A stretch of 64,000 nucleotides of DNA from Patescibacteria group bacterium (GTDB taxonomy: Bacteria > Patescibacteriota > Patescibacteriia > UBA1558 > GWA2-36-10): assembly GCA_041662585.1 (NCBI GenBank), contig JBAZSG010000004.1, positions 18,173 to 82,172 of the forward strand, written 5' to 3'. A program made the position numbers and the translations under genes. Shown here one piece after another: positions 36,395 through 46,728 of the stretch; position 1 is the first letter of the stretch; the number at the start of each line of letters is the position of its first letter. The notes beneath the pieces are model-generated. The model was not told where the DNA came from and did no database searches. It was given only the letters and a program-made list of their open reading frames with translations.

Positions 36395-38596
36395 TTATAT
36401 TTTTTTTGAGAAATCACACTCTTCACATTTGATAGTAGTTTTATTGGCTTGATAAAGCAGTTTGCTACAATCAGGACATTTTTCACCAGTAGGTTTGCCC
36501 CAGAGCAAGTGTTCACATTTTGGATAATTGTTACAACCATAAAATATCTTTCCTCTCTTACTACGTTTGGTGACCATTTCTCCTTCCTTACACAAGCCAC
36601 ATTTTACACCGGTACCACTATCTTTGGATTTGGTAGTTTTGCATTTTGGATAATCAGAACAAGCAATAAATTTTCCAAAGCGTCCAGTCTTGACTATCAT
36701 ATCTTTACCACAAGTAGGACAAGGTTCGTCAATTTTTTCTCTTTCTTCTGGTTTACCATCATCACCAATTGGTTTGGTATTTTTACAATCAGGATAGTTT
36801 GAACAAGCCAAAAATTTTCCAAAGCGTCCAAGTTTGATTACCATTGGACTATCACATTTATCACAAACTTCTTCAGTGGCAGTTTCAGTGATTTCTTTTT
36901 TGTCTAATTCTTTTTCTTTTTCCATTAGATTTTTTTCAAAAGGTTTATAAAAAGCACTTATAATAGGTTGCCATTCTTTTTTACCTTCAGCTATTTCATC
37001 CAAGTCATTTTCCATTTGAGCGGTGAAGTCATAAGATACTATATCATTAAAATGTTCCATCAACAATTTGTTTACTATCTCACCAATTTCAGTTGGTGCC
37101 AAACGTTTTTCTTCTTTGGTGACATATTGTCTATCTATTATAGTAGCAATCGTAGGAGCATAAGTAGATGGACGGCCGATTCCCAGTGCTTCCATAGCTT
37201 TGACTAGTCCGGCTTCTGAATACCTGGCTGGAGGAGTAGTAAAGTGTTGTATAGCCTCTAAGGTGTCTAAATTTAATATATCATCTTTGGCTATAGCTGG
37301 GAGCTCATTTTCATCATCGTTGTTTTGATAAATGGCTTTCCAACCAGCAAATTTGGTGACAGTGCCCAGTGCTTTTAAAATCCAATTAGTACCTTTAGCG
37401 TCAATAGCTACAGTAGTAGTTTCGGTCACAGCTTCAGACATTTGAGAAGCTACAGCTCTTTGCCAAATGAGCGTATATATTTTAAATTGTTTGGGATCTA
37501 GATAAGTTTTGATAGACTCAGGGTCATAGCTCACTTCAGTTGGCCTGATAGCTTCGTGAGCTTCTTGAGTAAACTTGGCTTTCTTTTTGAAAACACGACC
37601 ACCAGTTTGCATATATTCTTTGCCCAGTTTTTCATTTATATAATTTTCTGTAGCTTTTACAAAACTATCAGACAGATTTAGAGAGTCAGTTCTCATATAG
37701 GTAATCAAACCGTGACTACCTTTTGAGCCAAGTTTGATACCTTCATATAGCTGTTGAGCTAGCATCATGGTTTGTTTGGCGCTATAGCCAAAACGACGGT
37801 TAGCATCTTGTTGAAGAGTGGAAGTAGTAAATGGAGCTAGAGGAGCTTTTTTGTGCTCGGTAGCATTTACCTCACTTACTACTAGCTTGCTGGCTTTTAT
37901 ATCTTCTAGAGCTTGCTTGGCTTTTGCTTCATCAATATCAAATTTTTTGAGTACATTATCTTTTTCTTTGTGCAAAGAGATATCAAATTTTGGAGAATTA
38001 TCTTTACTAGCCTGTCCCTCAACCGTCCAATATTCTTCAGTCTTAAATTTTCGGCGTTCTTCTTCACGCTCTACTATCAATCTGACAGCTACAGATTGTA
38101 CGCGTCCAGCAGATAGCCCACGAGTGACTTTTTTCCATAAGAGTGGGGATAGTTTATAGCCGACTAGTCTATCCAATATTCTACGAGCTTGTTGAGCATG
38201 AAAAAGATTGATATCCAAATTTCTAGGATTATCAAGTGCTTCCATTATAGCTGTCTTAGTGATTTCATGAAAAGCAATTCTTTTTTGTTTGGCTTTATCT
38301 ACATTTAATAGTTGTTGGAGATGCCAAGAAATAGCCTCTCCTTCACGATCTTCATCAGTTGCAAAATAGACCATCTCAGCATCTTTGGCCAATTTTTTTA
38401 GTTTAGTGACTTGTTTTTTGGCTTTAAGAGGTACAGTATAGGTTGGTTCAAAATTACTTTCTGTATCAACTCCTAGTTTACTTTTTGGTAAATCTCGGAC
38501 ATGTCCAAAAGAAGACTCCACGACATATTCTTTGCCGAGGAAACCTTTGATGGTTTTTGCTTTGGTAGGAGACTCAACTATTACTAATTTGGACAT
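36395..38596 (-). CDS. topA: DNA topoisomerase I with C-terminal zinc ribbons
   Basis: IVESPTKAKTI, ATDEDREGE, SAGRVQS, ITYMRTD. Confidence 0.97.
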   Translation of the reverse strand: MSKLVIVESPTKAKTIKGFLGKEYVVESSFGHVRDLPKSKLGVDTESNFEPTYTVPLKAKKQVTKLKKLAKDAEMVYFATDEDREGEAISWHLQQLLNVDKAKQKRIAFHEITKTAIMEALDNPRNLDINLFHAQQARRILDRLVGYKLSPLLWKKVTRGLSAGRVQSVAVRLIVEREEERRKFKTEEYWTVEGQASKDNSPKFDISLHKEKDNVLKKFDIDEAKAKQALEDIKASKLVVSEVNATEHKKAPLAPFTTSTLQQDANRRFGYSAKQTMMLAQQLYEGIKLGSKGSHGLITYMRTDSLNLSDSFVKATENYINEKLGKEYMQTGGRVFKKKAKFTQEAHEAIRPTEVSYDPESIKTYLDPKQFKIYTLIWQRAVASQMSEAVTETTTVAIDAKGTNWILKALGTVTKFAGWKAIYQNNDDENELPAIAKDDILNLDTLEAIQHFTTPPARYSEAGLVKAMEALGIGRPSTYAPTIATIIDRQYVTKEEKRLAPTEIGEIVNKLLMEHFNDIVSYDFTAQMENDLDEIAEGKKEWQPIISAFYKPFEKNLMEKEKELDKKEITETATEEVCDKCDSPMVIKLGRFGKFLACSNYPDCKNTKPIGDDGKPEEREKIDEPCPTCGKDMIVKTGRFGKFIACSDYPKCKTTKSKDSGTGVKCGLCKEGEMVTKRSKRGKIFYGCNNYPKCEHLLWGKPTGEKCPDCSKLLYQANKTTIKCEECDFSKKI

Positions 38597-38643
38597 AAAA
38601 TGTAGTTTTAATTTTTACAATAGTTTGGACTATAAAAGAAAAG

Positions 38644-39990
38644 TTATTTATTGTCAAGTTTGAGGTTTTTTAAGATGTATTCTTCGGATATCCATTTTTT
38701 CCTCAGTTCACCGGCCAAAAAGAAAGATCCAGTCACTACAATCAAATCATCTTTTTCCCGCGAACGGGATCCCGCTTTGCGGTGATTGACTAATTTTAGG
38801 GCAGAATCTAGAGCTTGATGAGGATCATTGAATACAGAAATACTTAGTTTGGGACGGAGTTTTTGGCTAGTTTTATATAGTTTTTTTAGCTCAGCCGATT
38901 TTCTGACATTGATAGTAAATCTGGTAATATATAGATAGTCACTAAGTTTTAGCAATTTTTTGAGGGGAGCTCTATAATCTTTATTTTCAGCAAAAGCCAA
39001 TATAAGGTGTAATTTTTTATATTGCTGTTGTTTTACAAAAGCTATTAGATTGTCTAGTTTATCATTATTATGAGCTCCATCTAGTATCACGAAGGGTTTT
39101 TTGGAGATTGTTTCTTGCCGACAAATAAGCCCAAAATTGGAAATGACTTTTTGAGTATTGCGAGGTTTTATTTTTAAAATATCCAAAATATTTAATACCA
39201 AGTTTAGATTATCTTTTTGTCTGGCAGTAGAAAAATAATTATTGGTATCATAGTTGACTGCTAGATTTTGATTTTTGATAAACCAAGCTTGTTTATTTTT
39301 ACAAGTAGTTTTAAATATTTGTAATAATTTTTTATTACGCTCTGTGGTCAAAAACAAACTATTCTTTTTTATAATGCCAGCTTTATTTTTGGCTATCAAT
39401 GTTTTTGTTTTACCCAAAATATGAGTATGGTCTAAACCAATATTGGTAATAGCTGTTATTTTTGGATTGGCTATGACATTGGTGGCATCATGAAGACCAC
39501 CGAGTCCAGCTTCTAGTACCACCCAATCACATTTTTGTTCTTTGAAATATAGTAGAGCTATTATCAGCCACACTTCAAAATATGATATGGAGTCAGAAAA
39601 TTTTAAAACATACTTATCTAGCGTTGGCTTTATTTGGTATTCCAAAATATTATGTAAGTCATGAGGAGATATTAATTTATTATTAATACTTATGCGTTCA
39701 ATACTGGTACTAGCAAAGGGAGAGGTAAAAGAGCCAGTTTTTAAATGGGCATTGGCTAGCAAAGATTCTAACAGTTTTACAGTAGAGCCCTTACCACTAG
39801 TACCAGCAATATGGATAAATTTGAGATTGTCTTGAGGATTATTTAGTAAATTCAAAAATCTTTTTATACGAGTTATAAAAATTTGTTTATCACTAGGGCC
39901 AAGCATATAAGTAGTTTTAGGAATATTGGCTATACCTTCCAAAAACTCTATATCTTTTTGGTATGTTTCAAACATTTTATTTTTCTTCAT
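38644..39990 (-). CDS. folC: FolC-like folylpolyglutamate synthase / Mur-ligase family protein
   Basis: HIAGTSGKGS, EAGLGGLHDATN, DHTHILG, LDGAHN, TGSFFL. Confidence 0.85.
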   Translation of the reverse strand: MKKNKMFETYQKDIEFLEGIANIPKTTYMLGPSDKQIFITRIKRFLNLLNNPQDNLKFIHIAGTSGKGSTVKLLESLLANAHLKTGSFTSPFASTSIERISINNKLISPHDLHNILEYQIKPTLDKYVLKFSDSISYFEVWLIIALLYFKEQKCDWVVLEAGLGGLHDATNVIANPKITAITNIGLDHTHILGKTKTLIAKNKAGIIKKNSLFLTTERNKKLLQIFKTTCKNKQAWFIKNQNLAVNYDTNNYFSTARQKDNLNLVLNILDILKIKPRNTQKVISNFGLICRQETISKKPFVILDGAHNNDKLDNLIAFVKQQQYKKLHLILAFAENKDYRAPLKKLLKLSDYLYITRFTINVRKSAELKKLYKTSQKLRPKLSISVFNDPHQALDSALKLVNHRKAGSRSREKDDLIVVTGSFFLAGELRKKWISEEYILKNLKLDNK

Positions 39991-40651
39991 TAGTAGGTTC
40001 TATTTTAGGTTTAAGAGCTAGCCACTTGACTCCTAAATATACCAGTGGAGTATCAGCTAGGGCCAAAATTATTTTTAAAATGTAATAAGGTATTATCAAT
40101 TGCCAGATAAAGCCAGCATCAAATTTTGGAGAGATATGATAAAAAGCTATAAACATAAATAGTACCGTATCAATAAATTGGCTGACCATAGTAGAAAGAT
40201 TATTTCTGAGCCAAAGCATTTTGCCATTGGTTTTTTTCTTCCAATATTCAAAGGCCCAGATATCATGAAATTGACTCAAAATAAAAGCAATGATAGAGGC
40301 CAAGAAAATACGAGAGCTATTGTTAAAAATAGTGACAAAGGCTGGATTGGTTTGGGCAAAGCGATCAGCTGGAGTAGCCATAATACTTAGTTGTATAAAT
40401 AAATAACTAAATATCAAAGCAATAACTGTAGACCAGATAAGATTATTTACAAATTTTTTACCTTTTACTTCAGCTAGGATGTCAGTGATTAAAAAAGATA
40501 TTGGCACTAGCCAAATACCCACAGAAGTTGCTACCGGACCTATGTTTACAATTTTTACTCCAACTATATTAGCTAATATCATGGAGGTGACAAAAAGTAT
40601 TTGCAGTAGCAATATTTTGTTGTCTTGTTCTATATTAAATATATTTTTCAT
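39977..40651 (-). CDS. Queuosine precursor transporter (YhhQ/VUT family)
   Basis: DILAEVKG, LWLRNNLSTMVSQFIDT, DTP. Confidence 0.9.
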   Translation of the reverse strand: MKNIFNIEQDNKILLLQILFVTSMILANIVGVKIVNIGPVATSVGIWLVPISFLITDILAEVKGKKFVNNLIWSTVIALIFSYLFIQLSIMATPADRFAQTNPAFVTIFNNSSRIFLASIIAFILSQFHDIWAFEYWKKKTNGKMLWLRNNLSTMVSQFIDTVLFMFIAFYHISPKFDAGFIWQLIIPYYILKIILALADTPLVYLGVKWLALKPKIEPTNEEK

Positions 40652-41727
40652 ATTATTTCTAGTTGATTTAAATTGTTAAGTTTTATCAGACCCCTTATTT
40701 CCATTTCGGAGATTAGGGAGCTTGTATCAGCTATGGATACGCCCAATAAATTGGTCAGTTCAACTAGCTTCATAGGTTCTGTCTGTAGTGTAGAGTATAT
40801 TTTAGCATGGTATTTATTTTTAAATAATGTTTTAGATATTTTTAAGTCTTTGTTTAGGTTGTATATTTTGAAAATATCTTCAGCGCAGTCAATAATTGCA
40901 GCTCCTTGTTTTATCAGTTTGTTTGGACCCTGACTCAATCTTAGATTGATATTGCCAGGTAGTGCCAATACCTCGCGTCCTTCATCTATAGCCACCTGCG
41001 CAGTTATCAGTGTACCAGATTTTTGAGCCCCTGATATGACTACAGTTGCTTTGGATAGTCCGGCTAATATTCTATTTCTTTTGGGAAAATGATAGAGCTG
41101 TGTTTTGGTATTAGAGCTTTGCTCGGAAATAAGCAATCCTCCTTTAGCTATTATTTCTTGAGCCAGTTTTATATTTTCATGAGGATACAATACATATTTA
41201 TTTAAGCCAGATCCTAGTACAGCTATAGTAGCTAGATTGTGGTCTAGAGCTAGACGATGACTAAAAGTGTCTATCCCGACAGCCAAACCACTGACAATCA
41301 CTAGTGGTGTATCACACAAATCTTTAAATATATTTTTCAAAACATGACGATGATAGTCAGTGGTAGTGCGTGAGCCTACAATAGTGACTAGATTTGGACT
41401 TTTTAAAAGATCAACATTGCCTTGGTAGAACAAAAATAGAGGTGGATCATAAATATTTTTCAAATTTTGAGGATAAGCTGAGTCTAGTATGCTAATATAC
41501 TTTTCATCCAAGTTCCTAAAATATTCTTTTGTTTGAGATAAAAAGTTTTTATCTTGGAGAATATGATTTAGTTTGTCTCCTAGTATTTTAGGATTGGCTA
41601 GAAGTATTTTGTACAATTCTTTGGGACTAGGAAATTTTTCCAATAATTTTAATATATTTTTAGAGCCTAGACCTTGAATTTTAGAAAATAGAAATAAATA
41701 ATAATTATTTTCAAAATCGCTTTTCAT
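40648..41727 (-). CDS. dprA: DNA-processing protein DprA
   Basis: IVGSR, VSGLAVGID, FPKRNRILAGLS, SGTLITA. Confidence 0.93.
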   Translation of the reverse strand: MKSDFENNYYLFLFSKIQGLGSKNILKLLEKFPSPKELYKILLANPKILGDKLNHILQDKNFLSQTKEYFRNLDEKYISILDSAYPQNLKNIYDPPLFLFYQGNVDLLKSPNLVTIVGSRTTTDYHRHVLKNIFKDLCDTPLVIVSGLAVGIDTFSHRLALDHNLATIAVLGSGLNKYVLYPHENIKLAQEIIAKGGLLISEQSSNTKTQLYHFPKRNRILAGLSKATVVISGAQKSGTLITAQVAIDEGREVLALPGNINLRLSQGPNKLIKQGAAIIDCAEDIFKIYNLNKDLKISKTLFKNKYHAKIYSTLQTEPMKLVELTNLLGVSIADTSSLISEMEIRGLIKLNNLNQLEII

Positions 41728-41888
41728 CCTGTTTATAAATTAATATTTAACAGGGGGCTCATAGATTGTCTTGTTCAGCTGACCATTATGATAATATATG
41801 TTTTAGATTTTGTAAAATTGACCCACTTTACTTTCTAAAAATTAATTGTTATTATTTAAGTATTAAAAATAAATAATAATTTTACCTT

Positions 41889-42419
41889 ATGCCTATAAAA
41901 AAAATAAATCCTACGACTAAAGTTAGGAAAAGTACTAGCGAAGCCACAGAAAAAGAAGCAGATACTTTGATGGAATTTGAGCAATTTGTGTCTCATAAAC
42001 CAAAAAACAGCCGAAGTAAATCTTGGCTCGCTTTGACACTTATTATCATTATCTTTTTGTTGGCAGCTCTTTGGTTGTTTATGTCCAGAGTATCTAGCTT
42101 TGAAAAAGATAACAAGTTTAAAGCTATTTATCTAGAAAATGGTCAGACATACTATGCCAAGATAGTCAAAGAAGACGCTTTAAATATTTATTTAGATGAA
42201 GTTTATTATATACAAATGGAACAACAAACCATTTCAGCCGAAGAAGAGGGAGCTGAAGCGCAAGTTATAGAAGTCCCAGTACTTATCAAAAGAGGTCAAG
42301 AATTGACTCGTCCAGAAGGAGCTATACAAATAAACAGAAGCAAATTGGTGGCCACGGAAGATATTGGCGCAGATTCTCAAATACTCATAGAAATCAATAG
42401 ACTAAATCAAGCTCAATAA
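41889..42419 (+). CDS. Hypothetical single-transmembrane protein
   Basis: AIYLENGQTYYAK..L.EVYY..LIKRG.E motif; terminator hairpin at 42435-42461. Confidence 0.65.
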   Translation: MPIKKINPTTKVRKSTSEATEKEADTLMEFEQFVSHKPKNSRSKSWLALTLIIIIFLLAALWLFMSRVSSFEKDNKFKAIYLENGQTYYAKIVKEDALNIYLDEVYYIQMEQQTISAEEEGAEAQVIEVPVLIKRGQELTRPEGAIQINRSKLVATEDIGADSQILIEINRLNQAQ

Positions 42420-42577
42420 TTTTACGCGTAAGTCAAAACCACTCGCAAGAGTGGTTTTTTTGTTTATAATCTAAGCTTGTAGGTTATACCAACCTGCGAT
42501 CAAGTCTTGATACAACCATATAGTAATTAGGATTACTTTACACTTCTTACTTTATGCTTTATAATATAGCTACCTTT

Positions 42578-42817
42578 ATGGAAAAGAGGATTAAAGATAG
42601 TGGATTTATCAAAATTGGAGAACTAGCCAAGCTGTTTTCTGTTTTGCCGTCCACTATAAATTTTTATACTCGCGAAGGATTACTCAAAGAAGCTAGACGC
42701 TCACAAGGTGGCTATCGTCTTTATGATCCTAGTAAAGCAATGCAGGTATTAAAAAAAATAGCCGAACTCCAAAACAAAAAACGATACACCATAGAGGAAA
42801 TCAAGAAGTTGTTATAA
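42578..42817 (+). CDS. Stand-alone MerR-type HTH protein
   Basis: KIGELAK..STINFYTREGLL..RSQGGYRLY. Confidence 0.85.
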   Translation: MEKRIKDSGFIKIGELAKLFSVLPSTINFYTREGLLKEARRSQGGYRLYDPSKAMQVLKKIAELQNKKRYTIEEIKKLL

Positions 42818-42883
42818 ACCTCTTAGGCCTTTTTTCATGCTTAAAGGCCTAAGAGTTTATATATATTTATTAATAAAATAAAA

Positions 42884-43009
42884 ATGAAAAAAAGATTGGA
42901 CAAAGTATTTAGTACGCCAACTAGTAAACAAGTCAAGGTATATCGAGCCAAATGTTGCAAAAAACACAAGAAAAGTTTTTGGCAAACTCTGTATTCTTTG
43001 TTTTTCTAG
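42884..43009 (+). CDS. Possible 41-aa basic small protein
   Basis: MKKRLDKVF..KCCKKHKKSFWQTLYSLFF fills the intergenic gap. Confidence 0.4.
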   Translation: MKKRLDKVFSTPTSKQVKVYRAKCCKKHKKSFWQTLYSLFF

Positions 43010-43079
43010 TAATGTTGTCAAAATTGGTGTTTTCGGTTAAAATAACAACTCTATTAGCTCACTAGATTAAAATTAAAAT

Positions 43080-46028
43080 ATGGTAGATTTTAAGGCAAAA
43101 GAAAAAGAAATATTGGATTTTTGGGATAAGCAGGAAATTTTTCAAAAATCTGTAGATAGAGAAACTCTTCATGGGGATTATGTTTTTTATGATGGGCCGC
43201 CTTTTGCTACTGGTTTGCCACATTATGGACATATTTTATCGTCAGTTATAAAGGATGTAGTGCCTCGTTATTGGACTATGAAAGGTTATCGTGTCAGAAG
43301 AAGATGGGGATGGGATTGTCACGGATTACCTATTGAAAATTTAGTGGAGCAGAAATTAAATATCTCTGGCAAAAAGCAGATTGAGGAATATGGAGTAGAT
43401 AAATTTAACGAAACTTGTAGTAGTGAAGTTTTAAGATATACAGAACAGTGGAAAGACATGGTCCATCGTATTGGGCGCTGGATTGAGTTTGATAATTCTT
43501 ATAAAACCATGGATTCTACTTATATGGAGTCAGTTTGGTGGGCCCTTAAGAAAATTTGGGATAAGGGATATATCTATGAGGGTAAAAAAGTTCTTTTGTA
43601 TTGTCCTCGTTGTGAAACTCCAGTATCTAAATTTGAAGTGGCCATGGATAATAGTTATAAAGATGTTACCGACACTACCGTTATTGTAAAATTCAAATTA
43701 AAAGTAGGACAGAAAATTAATGGTCAAACCATAGATGATAATACTTATGTTTTGGCTTGGACTACTACTCCTTGGACTTTGCCTGGTAATGTGGCTTTGG
43801 CGGTTAATTCAGATATAGACTATATTAAGTTAGTTGATTCTGAAAAAAAGGAAAAATATTGGGTGGCCGAAAAATTAGCTAATAATTTTTTAGATGAAGG
43901 AAGTAAATATAATGTTTTGATTGAGCCCACTTCTGTTAATAAGGGTAAAAATTTGGTTGGTTTAGAATACGAACCCTTATATGAAATACCAGCTGTAAAA
44001 AATAGTGGCAAAAAATCTCATTATATTGCCGAAGCTGATTTTGTCACGATCGAAGAAGGAACTGGTATAGTACATACGGCTGTTATCTATGGTGAAGATG
44101 ACTTTAATTTGGGGTTAAAGATTGATTTGCCGATGGTGCCGCTTTTAGATAGTAAAGGAATTTTTAATAACGAAGTCCCACAGTTTATCAGAAGCCTTAA
44201 ATTTAAAGAATCAGAGCCAAAAATAATAGAAGATTTAAAAAAACGTGATTTATTGTTTAAAGAGGAAGATTATACTCATGCTTATCCTCATTGCTGGCGT
44301 TGTGAGAATGCATTATTTTATAATGCTATAGATGCTTGGTTTATTGATATCCAAAAAATAAAAAATCGTTTGGTAAAATTAAACGAAAAAATAAATTGGT
44401 TTCCTGAACATTTAAAATATGGCCGTTTTTTGAATAATATAGAAAGCGCACCCGATTGGAATATTTCACGCAATCGTTATTGGGCTAGTGCTTTACCGTT
44501 TTGGAAATGTACAGCAGATAATTGTGATAAAGTAGTTTGTATTGGTAGTGTAGAAGAATTAAAATCTAAGGCTTCAAATTTTTCGGACGTTTATCAGTCA
44601 GACAAGGTTGAAGATATGGATTTACACAAACATTTTATCGATAAAGTACAGCTTAAGTGTGAATGTGGTGGTGTTATGAACAGAGTTCCTGAGGTAATTG
44701 ATTGTTGGGTAGAATCATCCTCTATGCCTTTTGCCGAATTTCATTATCCTTTTGAAAACAGAGAAATTTTTGAAAAAAGATTTCCCGGACAATATATAGC
44801 AGAATACATTGCTCAGACTAGAACTTGGTTTTACTACATGCATGCCATGTCTACTTTACTATTTGATGATATTAGTTTTGAAAATGTTGTAACCACAGGG
44901 ACAATCTTGAATGAGTATGGTGTCAAAATGTCCAAATCCAAACGTAATTTTCCCGATCCATGGAAAGTTATAGATAGTTATGGAGTAGATAGTTTAAGAT
45001 TTTATCTAATGAGCTCGGTAGTTATGCAGGCTGAAAATTTAAATTTTAGCGAAGATGAGGTAAGACAAACATATAATAGACTTATCAATACGCTTGGCAA
45101 TGTATTAAATTTTTATCTTTTGTATCATGATCAAGCATTATTAAGTGATAAACTAGATAATTCTGATCCCATGGATTCATGGGTACTTAGTAAGATAAAT
45201 ATTTTAAATGACTATGTTACTAAAGAAATGGATAATTATAATACGGTAAAATCAACTAGAGCAATTTTAGATTTCGTACAAGAATTATCAACTTGGTATA
45301 TTAGAAGGAGTCGAGATAAATTTAAAAATGAACAAACTCGTCAAGAGGCAGTCAACGTACTTTATTATGTATTAACAAAACTATCAAAATTAATAGCTCC
45401 TTTTATACCTTTCATGGCTGAAAGTATTTGGCAAGCTTTAAATAATACAGATATAGAATCTGTGCACTTAGCTCATTGGCCACAAGTTGATAAAAAATTG
45501 ATTGATAAAAAAGTTTTGGAAAGCATGGATGCTATAAAACAACTTGCTGAACGTGCTCATGCTTTGAGAGCTAAATCTGGCATAAAAGTTAGACAACCTT
45601 TGGCCAATTTACAAATTACTAAGCCAGTAGATAAAAATTATCTGGAAATTTTACAGGATGAATTAAATGTAGAGAAAGTAGAAATAGTAAAAAAAATAAA
45701 TATTTCTGATAATTGGATTTTTGATGAAGAAAAAACTTTATCTTTAGATACCAATTTAACAGATGATTTGAAAGACAAAGGTGTAGTCAGAGAGCTTATC
45801 AGAGCTATCAATGCTATGAGAAAAGATGCTGGTCTCATGCCTAGCGACAGTCCAGTAGAGACATACAATACTAAGTCAGATTATTTAAAATCAGTAATAG
45901 CTAAATATAAAGATGAACTGGTAAGTGGTACTTCAGCTGGAGATTTGCTAGAAACAGATGAAGACCCGAAGATAAATAAAGAATTAAAAATAAGCAGCGA
46001 AGAAATTATTTTAGGATTAAAATTGTAA
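43080..46028 (+). CDS. ileS: Isoleucine-tRNA ligase, type 2
   Basis: DGPPFATGLPHYGH, GWDCHGLP, SRNRYW, KMSKS. Confidence 0.95.
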   Translation: MVDFKAKEKEILDFWDKQEIFQKSVDRETLHGDYVFYDGPPFATGLPHYGHILSSVIKDVVPRYWTMKGYRVRRRWGWDCHGLPIENLVEQKLNISGKKQIEEYGVDKFNETCSSEVLRYTEQWKDMVHRIGRWIEFDNSYKTMDSTYMESVWWALKKIWDKGYIYEGKKVLLYCPRCETPVSKFEVAMDNSYKDVTDTTVIVKFKLKVGQKINGQTIDDNTYVLAWTTTPWTLPGNVALAVNSDIDYIKLVDSEKKEKYWVAEKLANNFLDEGSKYNVLIEPTSVNKGKNLVGLEYEPLYEIPAVKNSGKKSHYIAEADFVTIEEGTGIVHTAVIYGEDDFNLGLKIDLPMVPLLDSKGIFNNEVPQFIRSLKFKESEPKIIEDLKKRDLLFKEEDYTHAYPHCWRCENALFYNAIDAWFIDIQKIKNRLVKLNEKINWFPEHLKYGRFLNNIESAPDWNISRNRYWASALPFWKCTADNCDKVVCIGSVEELKSKASNFSDVYQSDKVEDMDLHKHFIDKVQLKCECGGVMNRVPEVIDCWVESSSMPFAEFHYPFENREIFEKRFPGQYIAEYIAQTRTWFYYMHAMSTLLFDDISFENVVTTGTILNEYGVKMSKSKRNFPDPWKVIDSYGVDSLRFYLMSSVVMQAENLNFSEDEVRQTYNRLINTLGNVLNFYLLYHDQALLSDKLDNSDPMDSWVLSKINILNDYVTKEMDNYNTVKSTRAILDFVQELSTWYIRRSRDKFKNEQTRQEAVNVLYYVLTKLSKLIAPFIPFMAESIWQALNNTDIESVHLAHWPQVDKKLIDKKVLESMDAIKQLAERAHALRAKSGIKVRQPLANLQITKPVDKNYLEILQDELNVEKVEIVKKINISDNWIFDEEKTLSLDTNLTDDLKDKGVVRELIRAINAMRKDAGLMPSDSPVETYNTKSDYLKSVIAKYKDELVSGTSAGDLLETDEDPKINKELKISSEEIILGLKL

Positions 46029-46029
46029 G

Positions 46030-46728
46030 ATGGCTTTTAAGACCGAAGCATTTGTACTGAGATCTAGACCTTTTGTAGAGGCTGATAGAATCTACGATCT
46101 TTTTACTCCTCAAGAAGGCGTGATATCTGTAGTGCTTCGCAGTGCAGCACGCTCACGAAGCAAATTGGCTGGACACTTGATGCCCTTTAATAAAGTAAAA
46201 GTAATGATCGGTCGTGGTAAGATGGATCATATGGCTGGCGCAGTTATATTGGAAAATTATGCTAATTTAAGAGCAGATTTAAAAAGTATGTCCCTAGCCT
46301 CTTCGGTGGTTGAGTTGTTTCTCAGTGACAAATCAATGGGACAAAAGTTTGTAGAATTTTCTTTGCTGGAACATATTTTTATCATTTTAAATCATCAAGG
46401 TATTGGTATGAATAAAAAAATGATGTTGGTCAGAGCTTTTCTTTGGAAATATTTATCTGTCGCTGGTTGGCAACCACATTTTCAACTAGGTAAAAATTCT
46501 TCAAATGATGGTATAATGTATATGGAGCATGATCATAGCAAAGCTATACCAATCAGCGGCGAGCTATTTGATTTTTTACAATTTATTATCAAAGCAGATT
46601 GGCCACAATTAATAAATCTATCTATTGATAGCAATCTCAATAAAGAGTGGCTAAAAATTTCAAAAATATATTATCAATCAATATTTGAGCAACCTTCTAA
46701 ATCTTTAAAACTATTTATCTATGGCTAA
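46030..46728 (+). CDS. recO: DNA repair protein RecO
   Basis: EAFVLR..EADRI..FT..G..ARSRSKLAGHL.PF. Confidence 0.82.
   Translation: MAFKTEAFVLRSRPFVEADRIYDLFTPQEGVISVVLRSAARSRSKLAGHLMPFNKVKVMIGRGKMDHMAGAVILENYANLRADLKSMSLASSVVELFLSDKSMGQKFVEFSLLEHIFIILNHQGIGMNKKMMLVRAFLWKYLSVAGWQPHFQLGKNSSNDGIMYMEHDHSKAIPISGELFDFLQFIIKADWPQLINLSIDSNLNKEWLKISKIYYQSIFEQPSKSLKLFIYG

Noticed and set aside
40652-41800. preQ1 riboswitch for the queuosine transporter
   Set aside because: The gene overlaps dprA so there is no leader, and no recognisable motif lies upstream of dprA.
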